Shown: positions 10,201-20,105 of the stretch, one piece after another | How positions within the stretch are numbered: the stretch's first letter is position 1 | Layout: every line of letters begins with the position of its first letter | Assembly (NCBI GenBank): GCA_047495785.1 | Contig: JBLDXI010000032.1 | Location: 1,984,001-2,048,000 of the forward strand | Direction of reading: 5' to 3' | DNA length: 64,000 nt | Source: Lepidodermella squamata | Taxonomy: Eukaryota; Animalia; Gastrotricha | Notes under the pieces: generated by a model | Told to the model about the DNA's origin: nothing | Databases searched by the model: none | The model's input: the letters and a program-made list of their open reading frames with translations, nothing else | Program-made: the position numbers and the translations under genes

Positions 10201-12704
10201 AACTATCTTGATTTTAGTCACATGATGACAGGAAGGATAATATTAAAATTGAGAGATAGATAAGTGATCACTTTTATCGAGCAGGTTAGATTTGACGTTA
10301 AACTTTTACGAGGCGCAATTGCAGCAACCATGTCCAACAGGTTTTCACCTTGTGTCGGGGAGTTAGTAAGATCTGCTATCGAATTTTCATCTAAATGTGA
10401 GACATACCCATGCCGATTCGTTGACAAAGAGTTGTTTACCATTGCGGAAGTTTTGAAAAATGCAATTTTCGATGTTGACAACCTGCCCTTCGTTTTCGAC
10501 GAGACCGTTTTGTGAACCAAAAATAGCAATGCTAATCTTTCCCGGTCTGTAGCATTTCGCTTCGAAATTTTCGCTTTCAACTCATCTTCCGTCGTTGATT
10601 GGGAAATTTGCTGACGCCGCTCACGGTCAGCGGCATCGCGCCTCAATCGGCTTTCTTGATATTTCCTTCTAGTTCTGTTGGAACTTGAACAAGACGTCGA
10701 CGTCGCCCTTTTGCTTCGCTAACACGATTTTACCGTCAGCAAGCGACTTGAAGCGGAACGGACAGCTGAGTGGAACAACATTACGCATCGATCCAAGACT
10801 GGGCGAGATCATGAAATCAGCGGCAATGGCGTTTTCGACCGCGTGCAAAAGACCCATGGCCTCGGCGACTTGGGATTCTGCAGCAGCGACACGGGCTTCG
10901 GCAGCTGCAGCTGGCGCATTCGCAACCTCCGCACGGGCCTCGGCCGCGCGGGCGTAACGCACGGCTTCATGGGTCGACGCCTCTTGACGAGCACGCTGCC
11001 CGATGAAAGAGCCGCATGGCATCAGTGGCGCGAAGTTCAGCGGCCTCGGCATCACAGACACGAGCCTGCTACTTAGGAGTTGGCCCAATCGTAGAATATC
11101 CTAGGTAAAACAATGTTAGCCAAATGAAATTTGTGATATCAAATCAAAACCTGGTACTTTGGGATGCTCAGGCTCCTGAAAATCGACACCCGCACATTCT
11201 GCAAAAATGAATAATCGTAATAATTACAATTTCAGCTTTCAGCTTTTACCAATGTTTCCATCTGGTGAGTCGGCAGCAGCAAAAGATTCCCCAGCAGCTT
11301 TCAAATGAGCAAACGCGCGGCGGAACGGCGTTGCAACAGTTTCGAGCAGCGGTGATACCGCGCCGCGAACCGTTTCTTGAGTTGAAAAAAATATTACAAG
11401 AATCTAGCAACTAAAACAAACAAACCATCATGAAATTTAGGTGTTCGAAAACTCGATCATATTTCGAACACTGGGAAAGGCGTAAAAGAAACATCAAAAT
11501 TTTATTATTATGAAAAAGAGAAACGTTACTTAATTACATCACAGACTCGAATTCCTCTCTCAGTTGAGTGACAGTTTTCGGGTTCGGAGGCTCTACAGCA
11601 CGACGAATTTCATAGGGCATTTTCGACATTTTCGAATTTGGGTAGTCGGCCAAGAACTTGAGGGTGATTGTCGGTCAAATTCGCCTTGACCGCCTCGTAG
11701 ATGTCACGGGGTGAAAGCACGACTTCTACTTTGACGTGACGTTTGATTTCGGCCATGAAATAGTCCTTTACACCAGTCAACCGATCAGGGCCTTCCTTGT
11801 GGCACGGATTGCATGAATTCAGCGATTTGGAAACTTCGTCGAAAGATGCGATTGAGTGCATTGCGCAATGTTGCAGCGCCATGACTTCGTGAGCTTCAAA
11901 TAGCGGTATTTGTGGCCGTCAACGTACCACCGGCAGACGTTCCCCTTCGTGTTTGTGAACTCCGAGTACTTCAAACTACAGTGAAACCCCGATTTGGCGT
12001 CATCTACGGGCCGGCCGAAAAATCGGGCGGGAAATCCGAAAAGACGGATAATCCGGGTCAATTTACATGCAATGCTATGCTGCGGGGAAAAATGAAGATT
12101 TTTCATCCCCTTATCTTTTGCATACCCGGATTTCCCGTAGACGGAAAATAAAAGGACGCCAAATCGGGGTTTCACTGTAATGGGATATTGTTATCATTTT
12201 TATCGAAAAAATGGATATAAAAAATGCTACCTGATCGTCGCCGGTTGTTGTAAAGGTTCCGGCTGAGGTTCAAGTTCTGGAGGCTCTTCTTCCGAACTTC
12301 ACCCATAAAAATTTGCTAAGTCGACCTAATATTAATTTTACGAATTTTGATGGATTTAATGATCGAGAGACTTGCTGAATAAAATTCAAATTCAAATATT
12401 TTCCGATCTGAGGGGCTGGTCATTTTGACTAACTTTGAAATACTGAAATTTTCGCTGAAATTTTCATTATTTTATTTCTTGTTCTTATTTTAGGTATCAA
12501 CTGCTGGTAGCTGTTTACGGGCCTTCTCATCCGCGCACGTTGCGAGCTATCCGCATCCTCAACGAGGGTATCTATCAACGTCTCGCGGCTACCAACGGCC
12601 ACAGCGTCCCAACTATTGGCCTGCAGATCGTACCGGACGATGCTGATGATGAGGATGACGAAGGCGCAAACAATGCAGCTCCTCAATTGCCTATCGATGA
12701 TTAA
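1288..12704 (+). CDS. DUF4062-NACHT-TPR STAND NTPase (TEP1/NPHP3/TTC41-like), N-myristoylation motif, about 8 exons
   Basis: Starts MGCGSS. DUF4062 motifs RTIRIFVSSTFKDF..ERE..DLRW|GV and SVTEMEI; Walker A GGPGLGKT; Walker B IIIIDALNQ; NPLWL; LDFYHRSL; TPR-like tail. GT-AG introns include 1609-1660, 1794-1843, 1952-2001, ~2578-4667 and 6993-12493. The last exon 12494-12704 (W|YQLLVAVYGPSHPRTLRAIRILNE…PIDD*) joins in phase. Confidence 0.9.
2785..2960 (-). mobile_element. Tc1/mariner transposase remnant in NACHT-gene intron
   Basis: Minus-strand translation FSLSGIVNKENFRYWA…HQRQLSAPKVMVWAGILADKIIGPIF matches the typical DD(x)D transposase segment (G.VNKQN.RYW…KV.VW.G+…IIGP.F). Flanking sequence is decayed. 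Confidence 0.75.
4259..4339. repeat. Perfect 38-bp inverted repeat with 5-nt loop
   Basis: Arm TATTTAGCAAGCATATTGCCGGAGGGCGACGTGGTAAT (4259-4296), loop AACCG, exact reverse complement at 4302-4339. Confidence 0.95.
7058..7155 (-). mobile_element. Internally deleted fragment of MITE family A
   Basis: TGTCCCATAAGTAACGCAA…AATACAC and CCATCGGGGTTTTCCGGG…TCGCGG are reverse complements of two separated parts of the element at 20106-20477. Confidence 0.7.
7186..8383 (-). CDS. Divergent rhodopsin-family 7TM receptor nested antisense in the NACHT-gene intron, 3 exons
   Basis: Exons 8383-7910, 7854-7607 and 7549-7186 join in phase. Seven hydrophobic segments; W..G..C ECL1 motif (GYWEAGAISC); ECL2 Cys; YNYWKIFKTIR at end of TM5; KEVFIAK…FSIYLTCHLP in TM6. 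DRY and NPxxY are degenerate. Confidence 0.8.
8900..11430 (-). pseudogene. Decayed coding-like region of unknown family with an internal ~80-bp duplication
   Basis: A series of minus-strand ORF pieces (Ala-rich/coiled-coil 10669-11088, 10218-10646, 9943-10221, 9183-9428) broken by stops. 9646-9725 is near-identical to 10461-10541. Lies next to a MULE remnant. Confidence 0.4.
11545..12195 (-). mobile_element. Mutator-like (MULE) transposase N-terminal remnant with FLYWCH-like zinc finger, interrupted by a MITE
   Basis: Removing the MITE gives YPISLKYSEFTNTKGNVCRWYVDGHKYRYLKLTKSWRC..C..H, then SPRDIYEAV…LPKFENVENAL*NRRAVEPPNPKT. Contains a frameshift and a stop. Confidence 0.65.
11979..12177. 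mobile_element. pogo/Tigger-like MITE (199 bp)
   Basis: 23-bp terminal inverted repeats CAGTGAAACCCCGATTTGGCGTC…GACGCCAAATCGGGGTTTCACTG, flanked by TA on both sides. Confidence 0.92.
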
Positions 12705-12983
12705 AATTGACCAGAAAATTGTTGATTGTCATTCTTGTTAGTTGATATTTTTCACCTTATTACAACCTATGATTGTTCTTCAAATTTCAAAAAATGTAAA
12801 ATCGAAGACCCGGTGTGGCTTATGAAACGCGCTTTCTGCTATAATTACAAAATAGTTAACGAATTTTTAAATAAATATTTGCTTATAATGCACGACTGAA
12901 GTGTTTTTTCTAAACTTCCGCGCTATTTTTCGGCAAAATAGAAGCCAATTTTTTATTTAATTTTCCTAGTTTATTATTGACAA

Positions 12984-15070
12984 ATGGCCTCAGGAGAGCT
13001 GACTGAGTTCGATGACTGTGCTTGTTTAAGCGTGACTATTAATTTTTCAAACGCCAATGTCGTAAATGGCACGATTCACCCTGGCATTGTACGGGCGAAA
13101 ATTTTCTTCGTTCGAGAAGAGCCGGCTCGAATGATGGCAATTTTGAAGCAATTACAAGCCGGTAGACCCGAGTCACTAGCTGGCCAGAGAAACGTTTTAT
13201 TCCAACAAAATGTCGATATTGAAACATGCGACGCTGGTTCGTTGTTGAATTTGGACGGTTTTTTCGATCGGCAAAACAATGGAAATCTCCGCCTTTCAAG
13301 TTATGTCGATATAAACCTTCGAATTTGTTTGAAAATTCGGATGATTCTAATTAAAGATCAGCTTAATTTTGGTAAAGTTTGCGAAGTATCCGCTGGCCGG
13401 AAATCGGATGCAAATGACGGCTTTAATCATGATAATATTCAAAAATGGCACCCAATGTGGGTGAAAAATGTCAATAATTCTTGCTTGGAAACCCGGGAAA
13501 GCGACATTTTCGCCCCGGTCGATAATCCCCCGTGTGATGTTGTTCGTTTTCGTTTCGAATTCGGCGAAGAAATTATGTGGAATAATTTTGTGGAAATCTC
13601 ATCTGTACAACTGCGCGTGTTCAACTCTTCGAAACAGATCGAACGCAGACAAATTCGAAAATCGGCAATTTCTCCAACAAATTCTGTCCCGATTTCGCTC
13701 AACCCTGCTGTTCTGCCACCGGAAATATGGTTAAATATTCTATCATACACGCCTTGTCTCATTCAGGTACGAAATAGCTCTTGAGAAAATTTATTTTGAT
13801 TAAGGAGGAATTTTCAAAGTCTTTGATAGCTCTTCTTGGAGTGAATTCTGCGTGGAGGAGTTATTTCAAACACCCTGTATTTTGGTCTTCAATCGACTTG
13901 AAGCCTCTCGCCACGAAATTACGTTATGCTTCGAGTGAATTTACGGCTTTCATCCGTGACCGATGTCATTCGGCGAATCATCTGCGAATTTCGAGTATTC
14001 CAAGTTTCCCGGCTGATTTTTCGTTATCCAGCCTAATTAATGCAATTAAGCCTGGTTATTTGCTAACATTAATCGCGGATGGATGCGCGGAAATGGACGA
14101 TGAAGCGATGGCTATTTTAGCTGAAAATCAGCCGCATCTTGAGACAATAAGTTTATTCGGCTGTTTCAGCATTTCAAAAGCGGGCTTCAGCAGCTTGAAA
14201 AGCTTTAAAAACCTGCGGAAGATACGAATCGGTGCGAATAAAGTGATTGATGGAGATTTAATCGCTGCTATATCCGGTTTTTGCCAAAAATTGGAGATTG
14301 CTCAATTTTCTTGGCTGAACCACAATGACTTTCTAGACGTTTTTCCTATGTCATCGGGATTGAAAACTTGCCTAGAAAAAATGTCAGGCCTAAGAGGATT
14401 TAAGCTAGGGACCATTTTGGGTATGTATTCTGCTCAAAATCTGACGGAACTGCGCAACGAAGCCTCGGCAATTGCGGCTTTTCTATCGCGAAACCCGAAT
14501 ATTGAAGAATTCTACTATCGAGAATGCTTCGACCTGCAATGCCTGGCGGAGGTTGCTGAAATTTCACTGAGAGAATCGTTTCTCGAACTTTGCCCGAGAC
14601 TTAGGAGGCTCTCCCGCGTCTTGATTGAATCCTGTGAAGCGTTAGAAGAAAATCGGTCAATTTCAATCGACGCCATCGCAAGAAATTTTCGGGTACCAAG
14701 CAAAATCGAACAACTCACATTATGTAACGACCACCCTGATGTTGAGAACGATCAAGTTTGTTTTTGTTTCCGATTTGGTTGCGGCTCATTGAATTTCATT
14801 TTACAGGCGTTGGCTCGAGAAATTTTGAATTCGACACCATTTGTGAAAAGTATGCTGATTGCTACTAATACCGAAGGTGCCGTTGAGGTGGTTGTTGATG
14901 GACGGTGTAAAATTATGGCGTGGTATGATGAAGAAGATGCTGGGCTGCCGAGGCGGCGGCATCGCAACAGCGAAACCGATTCTGACGAAGAGTTTGAAAT
15001 TGATACAACTTACTATGAACTTGTTTATGAAGATGATCCGCAGAATAAAAAGAGCCATTTCGGCTTTTAG
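12984..15070 (+). CDS. F-box/leucine-rich-repeat (FBXL-like) protein
   Basis: F-box LPPEIWLNILSY…LLGVNSAWRSYFKHPVFWSSIDL across a short intron near 13768-13804. Cys-containing LRRs (LIADGCAEMDDEAM, ISLFGCFSISKAGF). Acidic tail. Confidence 0.85.
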
Positions 15071-15318
15071 AACACTCGGGACTCTTTCATTTTGTCTGAT
15101 GTTTTCAGCTTTTGGGTTTGCGTTTGGGGCATGAAAACACAAAACACAGCAGGCTATATTCGATTGCTTGACAAGTTTATATTGAATTTCAGGATTCCTG
15201 TATTTCAGCCATGTAATCAGGCGACATGGGAATGCGTCCTTAACTTAGACTATGCAATAGCTTGACACCCTTCACCCTCATTTGGTTAATGTTTGTTTCA
15301 AATATCGCGGAAAGCGTT

Positions 15319-16467
15319 TTATGCTTGGGTGGCAGCCAGCAGTTTGCGCATAAAAGGGCCAGAGCCAGAGCCGAAATTGGGTCCGGAGCTAGGCTGGGAG
15401 CCATGAGAGTGTCCAGAGCCAGAGCCGAAAGAGGATCCGGAGCTAGGCTGGGAGCCATGAGAGTGTCCAGAGCCAGAGCCGAAAGAGAATCCGGAGCTAG
15501 GCTGGGAGCCATGAGAGTGTCCGGAGCCAGAGCCGAAAGAGGATCCGGAGCTAGGCTGGGAGCCATGGCCCGAGCTGGAGCGAAGAGACGGTCCGGAGCC
15601 AGAGCCGAAAGAGGATCCGGAGCTAGGCTGGGAGCCATGGCCCGAGCTGGAGCGAAGAGACGGTCCGGAGCCAGAGCCGAAAGAGGATCCGGAGCTAGGC
15701 TGGGAGCCATGGCCCGAGCTGGAGCGAAGAGACGGTCCGGAGCCAGAGCCGAAAGAGGATCCGGAGCTAGGCTGGGAGCCGTGGCCGGAGCTGGAGCCAG
15801 AAGAGCGTCCAGAGGCAAAGCCAAAAGAGGATCCGGAGCTAGGCTGGGAGCCGTGGCCGGAGCTGGAGCCATAAGAGCGTCCAAAGCCGAGAGAGGATCC
15901 GGAGCTAGGCTGGGAGCCGTGGCCGGAGCTGGAGCCATAAGAGCGTCCAAAGCCGAGAGAGGATCCGGAGCTAGGCTGGGAGCCGTGGCCGGAGCTGGAG
16001 CCATAAGAGCGTCCAAAGCCGAGAGAGGATCCGGAGCTAGGCTGGGAGCCGTGGCCGGAGCTGGAGCCATAAGAGCGTCCAAAGCCGAGAGAGGATCCGG
16101 AGCTAGGCTGGGAGCCGTGGCCGGAGCTGGAGCCAGAAGAGCGTCCAGAGACAAAGCCGAAAGAGGATCCGGAGCTAGGCTGGGAGCCGTGGCCCGAGCT
16201 GGAGCCAGAAGAGCGTCCAGAGGCAAAGCCGAAAGAGGATCCGGAGCTAGGCTGGGAGCCGTGGCCCGAGCTGGAGCCATAAGAGTGGCCAGAACCGTAT
16301 CCGAAATTTGAACCATGGGATGGGCCTGAGTCGCTGTAAATAAATTATCGTATCGTCATAGCGCGTAAATCCAACAGGTGTGTCAAATTTAAAGAAAATT
16401 GGAAGACTTACCAGCGACTGCTTGCGACGAACGCGACCAATGCCAAGATGCAGCTAGTAGCTTTCAT
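15319..16467 (-). CDS. Secreted Gly/Ser/His-rich tandem-repeat protein (~356 aa)
   Basis: Exon 1 16467-16412 encodes signal peptide MKATSCILALVAFVASSR; intron 16411-16334 (GTAAGT…TACAG); exon 2 16333-15319 reads CDSGPSHGSNFGYGSGHSYGSSSGHGSQPSSGSSFG…GPFMRKLLAATQA*. TATATAAA ~75 nt upstream of the ATG. Confidence 0.85.
15360..16300. repeat. Coding minisatellite, ~14 units of 54-72 nt
   Basis: Recurring core GGATCCGGAGCTAGGCTGGGAGCC. Unit lengths are multiples of 3 and fall in homogeneous blocks. Confidence 0.95.
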
Positions 16468-17103
16468 TTTTTTGTTAAATCGTAATATGCAAGAGAATTG
16501 CGCAATTGAAATTGATTCTGATTTCGAAAATTAGGCTGATTTATATAGGTATCACCCAAAAAAATAAGTTTGTTCAAGTGTCATCACATGATCAAGGATC
16601 CCGAAATGTCGCGATAACATAATATTATCCCAGCTGCATTGTCATATCAAGATTTTATATTATATTATCCACCCCCTTGCGGTGCTCTAGGCTCATCTCA
16701 GCTCCATTAGCTAGTTGGTAAAGTTTACACCTTTTTTACTTCCTAACCCGAGTAATCACGACATGTTTATTTGCTTTGGGGGACGGGTTTCCTCATGTTT
16801 ATAATCACTTAACCGCTCTCAGAAATATTTCTTACCCACTCATTCCTTACCCGAATTACGCTGCCTGAGCAAACTATGCGCAAGCTTGTGTCAAGTTTTG
16901 AATCAAAATATACGTAGGGTTAAGTTGTCTATCAAGGTCGAAAAATTGTCTCTACTACGCCAAATGAATGAAAAAAAATTTATTTACGAAGAATTTTCGG
17001 TCAGTTTTCGGATGTTAAAAAACTAGGCCTAGATCGTTCACAGATATTTTGAATAAATGAGGATCAATAATGTATAATGTCAGGAAACACGGTCTTGGGC
17101 AGG

Positions 17104-17450
17104 TCATTCCAGCGCTGGATGATGGTCGCCATGCGCGTGAAGGGAGCAGTGTCCTTTGTTGAGCTGGTGGTGGTGTAGGTTTTCCCATCTTCTCGATTTG
17201 GTTATGATGGTTTGTTTGTTGATCTTGACTAATTTCGACCGGACTTGAGCAGTTCCTCGACCTGCGACCACAATCTTATTGTAAATGTAGGTCATAACAC
17301 CGACGAATCGGCGTTGCGAAAGGGGCTGATGCTGAACCCCCGTTGCTTTCACCTGGTCGAGCATTTCCAGCAGTTTCGGGTTCGCCGCGAATGTGTACGC
17401 CGAATTCTAAGATTGGCCAGACGTAAGTTTTGAAGGCGTTCGCCATCTGT
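17104..17450 (-). mobile_element. LINE (CR1/L2-like) ORF2 3' remnant
   Basis: ANAFKTYVWPILEFG…LEMLDQV…PLSQRRFVGVMTYIYNKIV resembles the post-RT motif Y+RP.LEY…L..RR….YKI. Frameshifted. Confidence 0.6.
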
Positions 17451-17527
17451 CCTAACGATATAGGAACGGTCGAAGTCGCAGTAGCTGGGTCACGGCTGTT
17501 GTTGCCTGTCCAACTTTCCAAATCTGC

Positions 17528-17656
17528 GGGTCTATTTCATTTGCTCGGGAAATATTTGTTTTTCATTGTGAAATTCCATTTTTACTAATTTAAAATGTAA
17601 TAAAAAGGAATTTCACAATGAAGGAATCAATTTTCCGCGAGAGATGAAATAGACCC
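17528..17656. mobile_element. Small fold-back element (MITE-like)
   Basis: Ends GGGTCTATTTCAT…ATGAAATAGACCC with inner arms TTCATTGTGAAATTCC/GGAATTTCACAATGAA. No clear target-site duplication. Confidence 0.7.
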
Positions 17657-18456
17657 TACGACACATGAAATGTGCCTCTCTACAATTCCCCTCCGAACAC
17701 TATGTTTAAATAAACACGGACTCGAGCGTTTCCGCCTGCAGAAATTCATTATGCGGCGGGTTCAATTAGGGTTCTCTCGGAGATTTAAAGTCTTTTCACA
17801 TGGGCAAAGTTTCCTCTTTATGATGACCCAACAAATGCGGAAAAATATTGTCAAATTAGGTGACTTTTACATATCAAAAATCTAATTAAAGCTCTGGGAA
17901 TAGACATTTTCGAACATTGTTGGTTACCGGCTGAACAGAACACGACACCCGTGATCTTAAAAAAAAGAAAATCGGTTATGCCATATTCCTACAGGCTCTC
18001 CAATGATACCCTTCTCATGCTGGGGTCTCAGTCTTGCTACCTTATTCGACAGAGTCTTCGTTTCTCATCAATATCACCGTTATATCACCGATTCTTTTGC
18101 GAGTAGTTTTTCCTAATCAGACAATAATTTCCCCGCCATTTTTTGTCGTGCAAAACTTGGCTGTGATTCGTTGCATCTTATATATACATCGCCAATTAGC
18201 GGCCGATTGCCAGGCAACGTGCGGCGTTTTTTTCAATCCCCCTGGTCGATATATTTTCCTGAAAAAACTACACATGCGCGCTCGCACATTGACGCGTGGG
18301 TAAAAAAATATTATTTTAATTCATCGCAACCTGTGGCAGCAGTTTTGAGCTGACGAATCCGCTCCTTTCATTCAAATAAAAGTAGTTTAATACCTCGATC
18401 GTAGTATCGTGTAATAAATAGCTCGACATTTGTAGTCGCTTCTCGACCACACAGTA

Positions 18457-18944
18457 ATGGCAGGATATATCCGAATTTTCGTGGCCTATGCCTGGGACGA
18501 TCGAGCTCCTGAAGTTAGAGCCATGGCTAAAATTCTCCAGACAATCGAACGGTTCAAAATTTGGATAGACATCGAGCATTTAGTCGGCAATGAAGTCGCA
18601 GGAGTGGAAGATGTAATTTTTAGCCATTTCGGGTATTTTGTCAGGGTTAGGTTATAAATTATTTTAATGCTTAATAGGGAATCGATAATTCTGATGTGGT
18701 GCTACTTTTCGTCAGCGATATGTACAAGGAAGACAAGCGGTCGAAGAAAGAAATCGCATATGCGCGGCAGAAGGGCAAGCTGATCATTCCGATTCGCATG
18801 AAAAAAGACCTAGCCTTCGACGGTTCGCTTAATTTCATCCCGTCAACCGATTGCCACATTGGTTTTACAAAGGAAAATAATGAGAAGCCGTTTTCTAAAA
18901 TCTCCGAAGATCTGATTTTGCTTATCAAAAAGACGATTTCGTGA
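18457..18944 (+). CDS. Stand-alone TIR-domain protein (TIR_2 type, ~140 aa)
   Basis: Exons 18457-18612 and 18678-18944: IFVAYAWDD…KIWIDIEHL…|GIDNSDVVLLFVSDMY…SKKEIAYARQKGKLIIPIRM. Box-1, W.D and E..YA…IIPI motifs all present. Confidence 0.88.
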
Positions 18945-19321
18945 ATTTAGGTGGTTATTCTCTATACAATTTTTATTGCTCCTTACCTATTGCCTTTATA
19001 GAAATTGTTATGCATTGCGTTGGTTTATTTTTTATAGACAATGAATTAAATTTATGCGATTTTCTCCAACTCCCTAATTATTATAAAATGATCATTTTTA
19101 ATCAATTTTTCGGTGAATAAAATTGAATGAGACGGTGGAAGTCAATAAAATGTTCCCGATTGAACCTCGAATGGCGATGAAATGATTTATGATTATTTTA
19201 TCGGAATTCCCTTCCGATTTTCTATTACAGTACCCATTGCATTCAATCTTTTATTGCGCAATGATGTTACAAGTCACTAAGCTGTGACACTTGACGTCCT
19301 ATCAACAATGCTCATCAAAGA

Positions 19322-19329
19322 TATAAATA
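19322..19329 (+). promoter_or_regulatory. TATA box of the Gly/Gln-rich gene
   Basis: TATAAATA ~90 nt upstream of ATG 19414. AATAAA near 20003 follows the stop. Confidence 0.6.
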
Positions 19330-19413
19330 CGCAGCATCCAAGAGGCTTCAAATCACCAATCAAATCACAACTTTCTACTCACAAATTCACCCGACGCTCG
19401 ATAGTACTAGAAA

Positions 19414-19938
19414 ATGTCCGCCCTGATTTTGACTAGCTTCGTTATTCTCTCGGCTGTTTCCATCTGTCAAAGTGCACCCTTGGTCAGTCGCCAGCTTGGC
19501 GGTTTGGATACCGGCTACGGTCAAGCTGGTGTTGGCAATCTGGGTACGGGCCTGAATTCTGGCTACGGCAATAGCGGCCTCGCCGGGATGAGCAGCTACG
19601 GCGGCGCTCAAAGCGGTATTCCTCAAGGCGCTGGTCTCGCCGGTCAGCAGGGCGGTTATGCAACTTCAAATTTCGGTGCTCAATCTCAAGGCTACGCTGG
19701 AAATCAAGGTTTCAGCGGCTCTCAGGGTTACGGCGCTGGCACCCAGCAAGGGCTACTGGGTCAACAAGGCCTACAAGGTCAACAAGGACTGAGCGGCTAC
19801 GGCCAACAGCAGCAGGGAGCGTATCGAAGTGACATGCAAGGAAGCCAAGGCGGTTTGGGCTACAACCCGTCTGACATTAACCCGGCTCAAATCATGTCGG
19901 AAATCGCCAGTGGCGCACTTCAAAGCGGCCAATATTGA
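19414..19938 (+). CDS. Secreted Gly/Gln/Tyr-rich low-complexity protein
   Basis: Signal peptide MSALILTSFVILSAVSICQS, then GQQG/QGY-type repeats. Single exon with TATA and polyA signals. Confidence 0.85.
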   Translation: MSALILTSFVILSAVSICQSAPLVSRQLGGLDTGYGQAGVGNLGTGLNSGYGNSGLAGMSSYGGAQSGIPQGAGLAGQQGGYATSNFGAQSQGYAGNQGFSGSQGYGAGTQQGLLGQQGLQGQQGLSGYGQQQQGAYRSDMQGSQGGLGYNPSDINPAQIMSEIASGALQSGQY

Positions 19939-20105
19939 TTTAAAAAACGTGCCAATGTTTTAAAGTCTTACTGTAACTCATTAAGGCGGCCTGAAATTGA
20001 TCAATAAAATTTGTTGTAATGGTTTCATATTAATTGACTTTTCAACATATTCCTGTATTGGAGAAAAGCTGCAGAATCTCAACATGCAAATATGCAACTC
20101 ACATA

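Noticed and set aside
15360-16300. CRISPR-like array
   Set aside because: The intervening sequences are themselves near-identical and in multiples of 3, there are no cas genes, and the context is eukaryotic. It is a coding minisatellite.
15240-16316. 358-aa Ala/Pro-rich ORF (minus) and 349-aa Arg/Gly-rich ORF (plus) from the ORF track
   Set aside because: The upstream signal-peptide exon, TATA box and splice phase select the third, Gly/Ser/His frame. These two are shadows of a stop-poor repeat.
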